DNA from: Antedon mediterranea
Lineage: Eukaryota > Animalia > Echinodermata
Reading direction: 5' to 3'
Length of the DNA stretch: 64,000 bases
NCBI RefSeq assembly: GCF_964355755.1
Contig: NC_092671.1
Span: forward strand, 23,572,070 to 23,636,069
Numbering within the stretch: position 1 is the stretch's first letter; every line of letters begins with the position of its first letter. A program made the translations under genes and the position numbers. Shown piece after piece: positions 50,635 through 62,690 of this stretch. The notes beneath the pieces are model-generated. The model saw only the letters and a program-made list of their open reading frames with translations. It searched no databases and was not told where the DNA came from.

Positions 50635-51825
50635 ATGGGTAGTGCTAAGAAAAACGTGAGCCCTCGGAAATCGCAATCTGACTCCAGCCCTAGTAGTAGT
50701 AAAAGTCGTTCACAACCGCAACCAATCACCAACAGAAAGATTAAGTGTATTGATAACTGCAAGTTAAACTTTGATGAAAGTAATGGAAAGTCAACAGAAT
50801 GCCTACTGTGTAAAGAGACATATCATAGAGTGTGTGTGGACATTAACCCAAATTCTACATCCAAGTCGTGGATCTGTTTATCATGTTGTTACCTACCAAG
50901 GAATGTCTTGGAACTTGAAAAACAGAACAAGTTACAACTAGATATGCTGAACAAACTAGTAGATGGTGTTGCCTCCTTAACAAAGCTAGTAGATGAGCAA
51001 AAGTCTGTGATTTTAGAGATGCAGCTCAATAAAAGTAATACAAGCTCTATGCCCAATAACTCTCAAGAACTGAGAACTACTGATGACAAACCAAGCTGTA
51101 TAATAGGTGACTCTATTATAAAGGACATAAGCGAAAGAGGCCTTAGTAACTCAAAAGTGAACTGCATACGTGGAGGGAAAGTTAAGGATGTAAAACAACA
51201 ACTCAGTAAACCAGAAGATTTTAGCTCGATCCTCATCCATGTTGGTACAAACAATTGTACATCCGATAATGATTTGGAAGAAGGTCTTGTCAACTATGAA
51301 GAAATGATAAATGAGGTAAAACTTAAAGCTCCAACAACAAAGATTGTGCTTTCTACAGTGTGCCCGAGAACTGACAGTGATGATCATTTACCTAGGATTG
51401 CTTCGATGAATGCAAAAATTAAAGAGATAGCTAACAACAACTGCTGTAGTCTAGTTGATAACGATGAAACATTTTTCCTGAAGAATGGTACAGTTTTACA
51501 ATCGCACCTCAACGGAAGTGGTTTGCACCTTTCCAAATCTGGTACAAAATGCCTTCTTAGGAACTTAAATGAGCGACATACGATCATAAAACCATTTGTA
51601 CGAAGACAGCAACCAAGGCAATATGCAACAAACTACCAAAGACAAGATCAATTGAGAAGTGGACCATACAGAGGTTGGAGAACCAGATCATATTCAAACA
51701 CCACATCACATGATTATGGAAACCATCCCAAGAAATTTGGCTACACAAATGCTAATAATACCAACAGAAAAGGACGTCTAGAAAATTCATTCAGACAGGA
51801 CCAGCTCAATAATCATCACCAATAG
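50635..51825 (+). CDS. LINE ORF1: PHD finger, coiled coil, SGNH esterase (396 aa)
   Basis: CIDNC..CLLCKETYHRVC..WICLSC; IIGDSII, HVGTNN, SGLHL. Confidence 0.88.
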   Translation: MGSAKKNVSPRKSQSDSSPSSSKSRSQPQPITNRKIKCIDNCKLNFDESNGKSTECLLCKETYHRVCVDINPNSTSKSWICLSCCYLPRNVLELEKQNKLQLDMLNKLVDGVASLTKLVDEQKSVILEMQLNKSNTSSMPNNSQELRTTDDKPSCIIGDSIIKDISERGLSNSKVNCIRGGKVKDVKQQLSKPEDFSSILIHVGTNNCTSDNDLEEGLVNYEEMINEVKLKAPTTKIVLSTVCPRTDSDDHLPRIASMNAKIKEIANNNCCSLVDNDETFFLKNGTVLQSHLNGSGLHLSKSGTKCLLRNLNERHTIIKPFVRRQQPRQYATNYQRQDQLRSGPYRGWRTRSYSNTTSHDYGNHPKKFGYTNANNTNRKGRLENSFRQDQLNNHHQ

Positions 51826-54728
51826 GACATTGCAAGCAACAATGCTTTACTCTCAGCAAACAATTTCTACCCTCTTAGCGACGAATTTAATTGCAACAGC
51901 AGAGACTTTATACCGAGTGAAACCACTTATTTAGAGACACAAAGCTTAAGAGTACAAGAAAAAAACACACCTAAAAGAAAACGAAATAGACGAGGTGGTA
52001 AGAAAAAATTCCAAAATAGTAATACTAATATACGTAATGATAACATTAAATTAGCTTTTAACAATGTTAATCACTTAACAAAAGCTAAAATTAAGGAAAT
52101 ATCAGATATTATTGTACAAAATAATATACAAGTTTTTGGAATTGCAGAAACCTTTCTAAAAAATGATTCTTATATGAATATAAGTGGTTATAAATGGATA
52201 GGTAAAAACAGAAAAAATAAGGGAGGTGGGGGAATAGGAGCCTTCATTTCAAATAATATTATTATTTTAGACGATGATGTATTTAAGTGTAAAGATGACG
52301 ATTTTGAAAGGCTATGGGTTAAAGTTAAATTCAATGATTGTGGTACTTTATTTATCTCTGTTGTTTATTTCCCAGTAGATGGGGCTGATACTGATAAGTC
52401 TAATGAATTATATAACCAGCTTTTATCAGAAGTTATTCAACTAGAAAACAAAGACAGTGACTCATCCATTATAATAATGGGCGATTTCAATGGTCACATT
52501 GGTCATAATATACCTAATGGTGACCCTGATGTTAATAACAATGGAAAAGGTTTACTAAATTTCAGAGATGATTCAAATATGACAATCTTGAATTGTACTA
52601 TTTTTTGTGAGGGTACAATAACTTGGTGTAGGGGTTATCAGAAAAGTACAATCGATTACATGTTGTGTTCAAGAAATATTATTAGTTATGTTGCTAAATT
52701 TATTATAGATGAAGATAGAAAACTTGGCACAGGAAGTGACCATAATACATTATTATTAGAACTAGAACCCAATATGAGCCAATCTAAAATTAGAAACAAT
52801 GAAACAAAAAACCATATATGGAACATAAAAAACTTACAGGACTACTCAAATTATCAGCAAAATCTCCAAGAAGCTTTTGCAAATTGGGACATAGAAAAAT
52901 TTAATGACGTAGATATTCTGTGGGATTCTTGGAAGAAAATTGTAATAGACGCAGCAAAGAAAGGCATAGGAACTAAACAAATAAACAAAAAACAAAAACA
53001 TTGGTTTGATAATGAAATAAAATCCGCAATTATGGAGAGAAGAAAAGCTGCAAGAGAACATAGATACAGTACTAAAACTGGTTCGAATAAAAACCACAAT
53101 GAAACATTATGGCAAACGTACCAGGAAAAAAGAATCTACGTAAAAAATTTAATTGCTAGGAAAATTATAGAGAGTAGAGTTAATAAATCTGTTGAAATTG
53201 CAAATAAAGGGGGGCCTTCCTGCAGGGACTTCTGGAATATCTTAAAAAGTGCTGATGGAAAACACAAATCAGGTATCACTTGTATTAAATCTTTAGATTC
53301 AGGGGAAATTATTACAGACAAAAAAGAAATTTTGGACAATGCTAAAAAATACTGGGAAAATCTTGGTGAGCCTAACACAGATAAAGATTGCTTTTCCTAT
53401 CTAATAAACAGAGAAGTTAATGAATTGTACAATAGATCTTACAATACTCATGACAATAACAATGATAATCAAAACCTGTTAACAGATATAATAATGGATC
53501 TACAGATAATACGGGAAGCATTGTTGGCTGCAAAAAATAATAAAGCACCAGGAGTTGACAATATTACGAACGAACTTCTTAAAAATGGTGGTAATGCAAT
53601 TGTAATGTCTCTAATGCAGTTATTTAACAAATTAATTCAAATTGAAAAGATCCCAAGTGAATGGAACTTGAGTATAATTGTTCCAATCTTTAAAAAAGGG
53701 GACAAAGCAGATTTAAACAACTATAGAGGTATTTCACTAACTTCATGTATATCAAAAATATTTAACAGAGTTATTTCTATGCATATCTCTAGTTTCATTG
53801 AAAAAGAAGATCTGCTCTCGGAAGTCCAGGGAGGCTTTAGATCACAACATAGATGTGAAGATCATATTTTTACCCTTAAAAGTATTCTAACATGTCGAAC
53901 AAAAGAAGGGAAAAATACATATCTAGCCTTCCTGGACTTCCGAAAAGCTTTTGACAGTGTGTGGCGTGAAGGCCTATTAAAATCAGCGTGGGATGTCGGA
54001 ATAAGGGGAAAGGTTTGGCGAATCATTAAGTGTTTGTATAGTAATGTCAAAGCAAAGGTTAGAATGGGGAATGATCTTACAGATCAATTTAATGTAAATA
54101 AGGGTGTAAAACAGGGATGCGTTTTATCCCCAATATTATTTTGTATCTTCATAAATGAATTTGTTAAAATGCTCCGTAGTAATGATTTAGGAGTTAGAAT
54201 GAATGGTTCATGGATGGGTGGCCTCTTTTGGGCCGATGATGTTGTTTTGCTAGCTAATAATGAATTTGAAATGTTAAAAATGCTGGATATTGCAGGGAAA
54301 TATGCAAAGGAGTGGAAGTTAAGCTTCAATTATGACAAATCTAATGTAATGGTTACTGGGAAACGTGTCAATCGTGATAAAAAATGGAAAATTGGAGATG
54401 AATTTATAACTGAGGTAAACAATTATAAATATCTAGGTGTAATAATTTGTGCAAATCAAAAAGAGCATGGTCACTACCAACATGTTATACAAAAAGGAAA
54501 TCGTCTAATCGCATATATTAAAGGTATAATAGGAAATCTTGATGATTTCAATAGGGTCTATTTCGGGAATATCCTATGGAAAACAATTGCACTTCCCTCG
54601 ATTAACTATGCATGTGGTGTATGGCACTGTAATTCAAAAAGCGATATTTACAATTTAGAAAAATTACAGCTACAAATGGCCAGATTCCTGCTAAAAGCTC
54701 CGAGATGCACACCGCAACAAGCACTATA
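51826..54728 (+). CDS. LINE ORF2: APE endonuclease and reverse transcriptase, C-terminally truncated
   Basis: Frame is open from the ORF1 stop; NVN, AETFL, MGDFNGH, IDY, SDH; NYRGISL, LDFRKAFD, GVKQGCVLSP, WADD. First Met (52174) is inside the endonuclease domain. Confidence 0.88.
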
Positions 54729-55993
54729 TAGTCCAGTCCCTAAGGGGAGAAAAAGGGGTGGGATGTTACCAGACTGGATACAAATATTTCAGTATAGCAG
54801 TTTGGTAGAGTATAGTGTGGAGATGCCAAAACAAAGTTACTGGAAATCTGATTTGACCTCTGTGACCTCTGACCTCAATTTATATATTTTTCTATTATAT
54901 AACTAAAAATCGCCATATCTTGACAACGCAGAGACATTTTACATTTATTTTTTTTTCAAAATGCTTGGAAGATATATATTTATATTCGCTATAATGAAAA
55001 TAATTGTACAAAAATGGCCGCAAAGGCTTTATTTTTCAGTTTGACCTTTGACCTTGATTGCCTAATATCTCAATAACACGCAATCTCAGAGATTTGAGAA
55101 TGGGCTCAAAATGTTAAGAAAATAAATCTAATATTTAGTCTAATAGAAACTTTTTTCAAAAAATTACCATAAATTAAGCTTTTTTGACCCTTGACCTCTA
55201 ATGTTTGAATATGTCAATATCTCGGTAACTATTTGTCCCAAAAAGTTCAGTTTGGTGTCAAATTGTTTAGAATATACACATTTATATTTGCTCTAACAAA
55301 ATATTTTGTCAGAATTCAATTGGAAATGTCATTTTGAGCTATGACCCATCGTTTTGCATATATTTAGCAATTAATAATCTATAAAAAGAGATCGAGAGAG
55401 GGGAGGGGGTTGGGGTGGATGGAGAGACACATATTTTTGTTACATGTTACACAAATGTTAAACTCTGTCTACACTATAACATTTTTATGCGACAAAAAAA
55501 TGTGATGTGCCCATATATGGACACAATGAATGACATATCACTACCATATTTGGGCACATCACACCTTTTTTGTTAAACTAGTTTATAGTGTAGACAAACA
55601 TGTAAAAAATATGTGTCTCTCCATCACCCCAACCACCTCCCCCTCTCTCGCTTTTCCAATGCTACTGCATGCATCTATACACATCAAATTGACCGGAATT
55701 GTACTGGAAAGTTTTTAGCTACATTTGAAAATAAGTCCCAGAGGATGGGTGTATTAAAGATATACTTATTTTCCCCCTGACAAAAGTAATTTTGACAAAT
55801 ATTTTTGTTGAATATGCAATTTTAATGTCACACATAATAGTTTCACCAAAAATTGGATTGAAAAAAAATGATATAGTGCATACCCAAAATAACTGTAATT
55901 CAAAGCAAAAAATAGGCTGGAAGTCAATAGTGGGGTTCACATGGAACTATGTCTAGAAGAAGTGGATTTAACAATTTTCTACTAACTGGACTA
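54729..55993. mobile_element. Academ-like non-autonomous element without matching TSD
   Basis: Termini TAGTCCAGT ... ACTGGACTA; GACCTTTGACC and TTTATATTCGCTATAATG motifs resemble those in 23891-26363; internal ~255-bp hairpin at 55393-55650. Confidence 0.6.
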
Positions 55994-57500
55994 ACCTTGA
56001 CAAATCCCGTTCTTTGGTACAATTATGTCTAGTTAATTAAATTTCATAAAATCCTGGTATTGGAGATTTTAAATGCTATTTTATGTAAAAAAAAAATCAT
56101 CTATTTCTTTTATTTATCCCGTATGTTGTTTACTTTTAACTTCTGATTACAAACAATTGGTCATTTTACTTTCTGTGTTAAATTTTGTATTCTATTTTTC
56201 AGTATAGTAAAAATTTTAGGCCTACCATCTTCTAATATCTTCTACCTCTGTCTTCGTCAGACATAGTTCATTTAATTTTTTAGGACATTTTATGGGGTAC
56301 ACAATGAAGAATGACCATATTCTTTGCAATTCAAATGTTAAATATGAAAATGAAATGGGTTAAAAAATTCTTCAATTTCATTGGTGCAAATGAGGCTAAA
56401 GGCCACCCGCTGGGTTGTTAATTGGATTACCCTCATAAAATAACTGGCTATCCTTCCTTGGATTTACTTCTAAATCCAAGCAGCAATAATTGTCCAGAAA
56501 AAAAACATCATCCGGACATAATTGAGCGTTCACATCCAAATTATTTACTCTATTTTTTAAATTAGCTCTTTGATTAAACACCTCTTCCAATGCAGTGAAG
56601 ATCTTAAGTGTCGCCTTGTCTTACTAATCTTCCTTAACTTCTCTTTGAACGATCGTAATCAATATTTGTTGAGGTATAATATTTCCCTCTAATATGGTAA
56701 TGCCTGTTTTATTGAGTCAAATGCTTTCTGATAATCTCTAAATCAAAGATTTGGTGATATTCATTTCCTTTTTATTTTAGTTGATTGACAAACTGTATAA
56801 GATGGTCCTACTGTATAAAGCCTTATATATTGGTTTATTTACTTCTAGATTTTGTTTTTTTATTACTTTTGTAAATTATTTGTGTACATGTGATAATGTT
56901 CGTTTGGTCGGTAATGGTTGATGTCAGTTTTGTCATGTTTTTGTGGATTAAAGTATAATTATCATTGCTTCTCTTAATTTCTTCTGGTTTCAAAGATTTT
57001 GTTAGTGTTATGAGCTGGATGTGTTATTGCCTCATCAAGCCAAGATGGTAATTTTGACTGCTCACTGGTTTGTTTTCCTTTTATATTCCACTACAGTATG
57101 TTCTTGAAAAGAAATCAGCTTTGTAATTAATTTGTCTTTGATCCTTTTCAGATTTCTAATATTTTAAACATATGTTTTTCTTTTCTTCGCTTTTTCCTCA
57201 CTGTTTCAAACATTTTATTTTTTCAGCATACTTCAAGCAATTAATTGATAATTAGGTCATATGTTTTATGAGTATCAAATCGCATTGGTTAATTCTTCTT
57301 TTCTTTCTTTAAGATCCTGATTTTTTTATTTATTTTTTTATTGTTATTTAACTTTTAAGTTTATCTAATTTTTTGTTGATATTTAATGTTGCAGAGAAAG
57401 ACTGGTGTACATCTCTGTAAATCTTTTTAAATTTCTATTTGTGTTTACTGTATTCGTTGATCTTAAAGTTTATTTTCATACTTTAATTTGTTAATTAACT
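55994..57500 (-). mobile_element. Degenerate RTE-like LINE
   Basis: Minus-strand DYQKAFDS (~56712-56737), RQGDT..KIFTALEEVF (~56580-56625), TLSHVH; many lesions. Confidence 0.65.
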
Positions 57501-57629
57501 ATTGTATAATTCATTTCCTTTTCTTTTTCTTTAAACTTATGAACGCACCGTCATAAAACGTGTGCCGCTGTTCTAAAAGCGTCTGTTCAAATAAAGTTAT
57601 TTATAACTTTGACTAAAGAAATTTAAAAA

Positions 57630-58803
57630 CTACTTTTTAACTTCAACTGGCCATATGATAAATCACAACATCCGATAGGCTTAATTTTAATATGAATTCA
57701 TATCTACATTTCATCAGCTTTCATAATAAGTTATAATCTTCAAGGTCACCTTTAATTCTGAAGAGCTATAAGATATTCAAATGTATGGTGTAGCTGAAAT
57801 TACACGACCTAGGTTATTCAAGTTTTTACGCGTGATGACGTCATCAAAATAAAAATGTTGACAACTCATTAGAAGAATAATTAATTGAGCAAGCACGTAC
57901 TAAAAGTTGTGCGAAAATCGGGCTCAAATAACGGAGATGCGCTCTATTGAATGTGGTAACCCACACAAAAAGATAAAAATTCCTAATTTTTAAATTCAAG
58001 TGGCCATTTGATGACGTCATACCATTTTGTACGTCTAATGTGTATATACATTTGTATCTACAACTTATTGGCTTCCATAATAAGTTAAAAAAATTGGGGG
58101 TCATCTGCCATTCTGAAGAGTTATATTCATTTTAAAAAGTCCTTATTTTTTTACCATTTTTAGCACTTTTGTACAATTAGTGTGCGCATTTTGTCATTTT
58201 TAACGTGCTCGTATAGCGTTATTTTAAGTCGGAATGGACTCAAAATTGGTGAATGTACTAAGGATTGTGAGTAGAATGTGATTTATACATCAAATTTTAT
58301 TTTTTACGCATTTTAAGAATCGTGCGCACAAAAACGCATTTTTCCGCAGTAATTTTTTGAAACACGCAAATGGCCTAATTCATGCTCTAAATTGATCAAA
58401 ACCTAATTTTGCGCGTTTTCAATTTTTAACGCGCGATTTCACGTGCATGACCTTGAAACGCGCAACTTTTTATTTGCTAATATTTTTACCCTTGACCTGA
58501 AGTTTACCTGTAGTGAATTTCATTAATATGTCGTAATGAATTATGGAGATATGATTGATAATCTGATTTCACAAAATGGCGTATAAATGACGTCACGGAT
58601 GAGTGATCACGCTGGAAAGCTCATTAGGATTAAGTTATATTATTTGAAAGATATTCTGAAATTTTGGTAATCATTGACATTAAACTTTTTGAGATAATTG
58701 TTACACAAAATAGTGTACAGAAACAATAAAAAGAAAAAAAAAATAATAATAAAGATTTCATACAATAACAATAGGTGATCATTTTATTCTAAATGATCAC
58801 CTA
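57630..58803 (-). mobile_element. Diverged Helentron/DINE-1-like copy 5 (3' end missing)
   Basis: Alignable to copies 1 and 2 (CAACTGGCCATATGAT, GAGCTATA, TGACGTCA blocks); 5' hairpin TAGGTGATCATTT-TATTCT-AAATGATCACCTA at 58772-58803. Confidence 0.7.
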
Positions 58804-58849
58804 AAAATACCCAAAGCATTATTTTGAGTATTGTACATTTCTATATGAC

Positions 58850-60430
58850 TCAATTATTCCAAGAAAATCGAAAGTGATTTACCCAAATAATAAGAAATGG
58901 TTTCCGAAAGGAAATCCTCTTTCTCAAAGGAACATACTGATATAGTGAAAGAAAAGCAAAAACAGATTGCGTTAGAAATTGAAAAGAATAAGTATAAAAG
59001 AAAGTTAGAACGAAGTTTTAAAGAAAACGATGTCAAAGTGGCTTGGCAAACCATGCAGGATATCACTGACTATGGTAGTCAAAATAAAAAGAAATTCGTC
59101 ACAGCCAAAAAATGAGTCGAATACGACAGATGATCTTAACACATTTTTTTGCCGTTTTAATCAACATGATTTTTCAAAAGAGATAGATGATTTAAAGGAA
59201 CAATTAAATAAAGAAAAGGAGGTGAGTGGAAAAATCTAAATAAATGACTTAGGAGAGGTCGTGTTGTAAGAAAGTTAAAATCAATAAGGCGACAGGGCCA
59301 GACTATGTTCCAAATCAGGTTCTAAAGTCATGCTGTGATCAATTGTCGGGAGTTTTCTGCGATATTTTTAATACATCCATGGAATGTGGAAAAATTCCAA
59401 AGATCTAGAAAACTTCAGAAATTAGACCGATTCCGAAAATAAAATATCCAGTAACCCAAAACGATCACCAACCAGTCGCAATCACTTCAAATGTTAGGAC
59501 GTATCGATTGGTCCTACTCAATTTGCCTACCGACCCAAAAGAGGAACTGATGATGCTATTACTCTTCTTGCAAAATATTTTTCAGCATATTGACACGTAC
59601 ACGTTGGTCAGGGCACTCTTCGTTGACTTTTTGAGTGCTTTTAAAAGCTTAGAACCGCATTCGTTGATTAGAAAATTTCAAAGGATGGATATTAATCCCA
59701 ACCTCTCACTTCTGACCATGGACTTTCTGCAACAGAGACCTCAATACGTTCGCATGGACAGCAACGTTTTCAGCACAACGCTTTGCAATACAGGAGCACT
59801 ATACTTTCGACTATGAAACGTTAGGCAGTACAACCTCAATGATAAAATATGCGAATGATACTGTAGTCTCCAGTTATCTTCGTGGAGAAGATGCGTCACC
59901 GTACACAAATGAGGTTGACAAATTTGTGGACTGGTGTTAAACTAAATAAAAACAAAACTAAAGAAATAGTATTTGATACAAGACGTGAAATGTTTAGACA
60001 TGATAAGTTAATTATTAAAGGTGTAGAAATAGTAGACGAACAAAAATACTTAGGAACCACTATTGACAAAGGTCTCCAATTTAATAATCAAATGTTTAAA
60101 AAAGCAAATCAAAGGCTATATTTTATAAGAAACTAAAACTATATAAAATTGATAATACTATATTAACGATGTTCTATAGGGCTATAGTGCAAAGTGTTTT
60201 CCATTAGTTTAATATCGTTGTTTTTTGGTCTTACAAATGAGAACAAAGAAAAATTAGAACGAGTTAGGAAGCGTGCAGGCAAAATATTATTGGCTCTGAC
60301 CTACCAACTATTCAACAAACATATGAAAAAGAGCACTAAATAAGTACTATATTTTAAACAGATCGGATATCAGGCTATGTCCACTAAGAGGAGATCATGA
60401 TCTTTTAGGAAAGTCATTTGTTCCAAATTC
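58850..60430 (+). mobile_element. Degenerate Rex1/Babar-like LINE
   Basis: KATGPD..VLKSCCDQLSGVFCDIFN, RGTDDAI, VRALFVDF, KTKEIVFD, KYLGTTID, KANQRLYF. Confidence 0.75.
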
Positions 60431-60502
60431 TTGCCATTTAACGCAACAATTAAAAGATAGATTGAAAATATAATTTGTTTTAACTGTATATAATACTGCT
60501 AA

Positions 60503-62226
60503 GGCGTCATCTACAAATTATTTCAGACCACAGAGACGCGTCTGAAAACTTGCAACCCATCAGACGCGTCTGTCCAATGCTGAACCTCATTAACGATCTA
60601 TTATGAATATTCATGAATATTCATATTCGCGGCGAAGATGCGTCTGTTTGATTAAAACCCGTTTAGTAGGTAAAACAATAGAAAACGCGTCTGAGTTATT
60701 GAAACCCGTCTGTGTTGCTTGTATGCAGGTGAAACAACATTGGTACCATTTCACAGAACCAACAAATCTGAGACTAGGCCTAGGTTATCCTAATTTGGAC
60801 GGAAATTTGCCGATGAGACGACATCGGGCCTGTGGACCTCAGCTCATGCAGAGAGAAAGAAAGTCTAGGCTAGCCTAGTTTCGGCGGCCTACACTAGGCC
60901 TATAAATTATTTAACGCTTCTACCTTGGGTTAGCGAATTATAAAAACGACGACACCTAGGCCATGGAGGATACCTCCATGCCTAGGCTAGGATATGAAAA
61001 ATAAATAATAATATTCCATATTAAGATTTAACATAGGCCTAGGCCTTTTAAAATGATTACGACATGTGTAAAGAAAAAGGCTCGACCAGAATTTGGAGAG
61101 GAAAAAACATGTGAGCAGTTTAGAGCTAGAGTCGAGAGAGGGTATTATGTTTCATGTCATGTGACACAAAATCCAGGTACACGATCTTAATTACTGTTTT
61201 ATCGTCGTCAGACACGGCAGCCGCCAGAATATCGCGTTGCATGCCATGTGACCAAAAAAACTAGGTCTGTATTTATTACGGTCTTCTGTTGGCAGTCTTT
61301 TTGAGCGACCGACTGAAAACGTTCTGATACTATATTTAGAATGAATTGTTTACGATCTTTTTTTTCTCGGCATCGTTCTGGATGGACTGGACGTTCGCTA
61401 TAATATGTTTATTAGTTGGCCTGTTCGTTGAGGTTCACCTGTGATGTGTTGGATCGCGTGTCTCTACGTTTACATCGTGGGAAATTTATATTTATATTCG
61501 CCGTTGAGTAGGTAAACACACACGAAGGAAACGATTACGATTAAAAAATATTATATATTTACAACTTGGTCCTCCGCCAGTTAAATTTAACACATTAATT
61601 TCACACCTTCTTACTTCACTAAGAACATCGTAGGGTTGTTTATTTAGGTTACGAACTCCCTACGAAGTTCAGAACGTAGCTCATTGTTTATTGAGGTTAC
61701 AAAGCCAAACAATGGAACCTACGAAGCCAACAACGTAGCCTACGAAGCTACTTCGTAGGTAAAGTTGCAGTATTTTCTTTCTGTACTGTAAGGTCAATAG
61801 TTTGAGTGATTCCATGTTCCAAAAGTTAAAGTTATTCACTCTTTAGCATAAGAAAAATAAAATCGCAAAAATGAAAGGTCGCGAATAAATAGAACCGAAA
61901 ATTTGCGCTTTACAGCATACTCTGTCGGCGGTAAAAGGGTATACCTGTACTGATTTGTTTGTCTTACTGCCGGTTGTAAATAATAATTTAATATCACGCT
62001 CTCAATGAATTCACTTGTATGTAGCGCGTTTAACACCAGTGCACAGTATAACAATGTGCAGTCAGCCGTATATTGGGGCGGGGCCATAGTCGAACATGCA
62101 TATTGGCGTCTAGACGCAGCCAAATCAAATCAAATCAAATCGGGTTTTGAGACGCGTTTTTGGGTAAACAATAGAAAACGCGTCTGGACGCTGATTTGTG
62201 GTCTGAAATAATTTGTAGATGACGCC
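60503..62226. mobile_element. PIF/Harbinger MITE (1724 bp), TSD TAA, carrying the shared module
   Basis: TAA|GGCGTCATCTACAAATTATTTCAGACCACA ... inverse|TAA; repeated AGACGCGTCT subterminal palindromes. Confidence 0.92.
60962..60980. repeat. 19-bp hairpin insertion with 7-bp direct repeats; empty homologous site at ~27614
   Basis: CCTAGGC|CATGGAGG-ATA-CCTCCATG|CCTAGGC versus a single CCTAGGC in the homolog. Confidence 0.75.
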
Positions 62227-62601
62227 TAATATAAATGTTCAAATAATTTCATTTGGCTTCGTATGATTATTTTTGATGAAATTTCTTTTTTTCTAAGCCA
62301 AAAAAGTATTTTTACATACCAATGTATTAGTATGTAACAATACTTTTTTGGCTTAGAAAAAAAGAAAAAGAGAAATTTCATAAAAAAAAAGAAAAAAGAA
62401 ACTGCTAATATATATATTATTTTAAATATATGTTTATATGTTAAGATATAGTATTTTTATATTTTGGTCTATGTTTGATGTTTATTCATATTTTGATATT
62501 TTGACTTTTTATATATTTATATTTAATTATTTGAGAGCTTGTCAACGAAACAAATTTCTTTTTGGACCAATACATTTCTGTATTCTGTATTCTGTATATA
62601 G

Positions 62602-62690
62602 GTTAGTGGCTTGCAACTTGTATCCTTTTGTAAAGACTATTTCAAGGCCTGGTGTGTTGATAGAAGATGCGGTCGAACAGATTGATATTG
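62602..62690 (+). CDS. ATIC: ATIC coding exon 5
   Basis: AG/GTAGGT, 89 bp; [30 protein letters not shown] contains the PurH NLYPF and IDIG motifs. Confidence 0.95.

Larger units (their letters stand above)
50270..54728 (+). mobile_element. Young RTEX-like non-LTR retrotransposon, 3' end lost
   Basis: PHD+esterase ORF1 followed by an EN-RT frame with no frameshift; truncated by a TAGTCC-ended insertion at 54729; 5' boundary approximate; clade assignment from motifs only. Confidence 0.8.

Noticed and set aside
54729-54906. Novel C-terminal extension of LINE ORF2
   Set aside because: It is read-through into the inserted TIR element.
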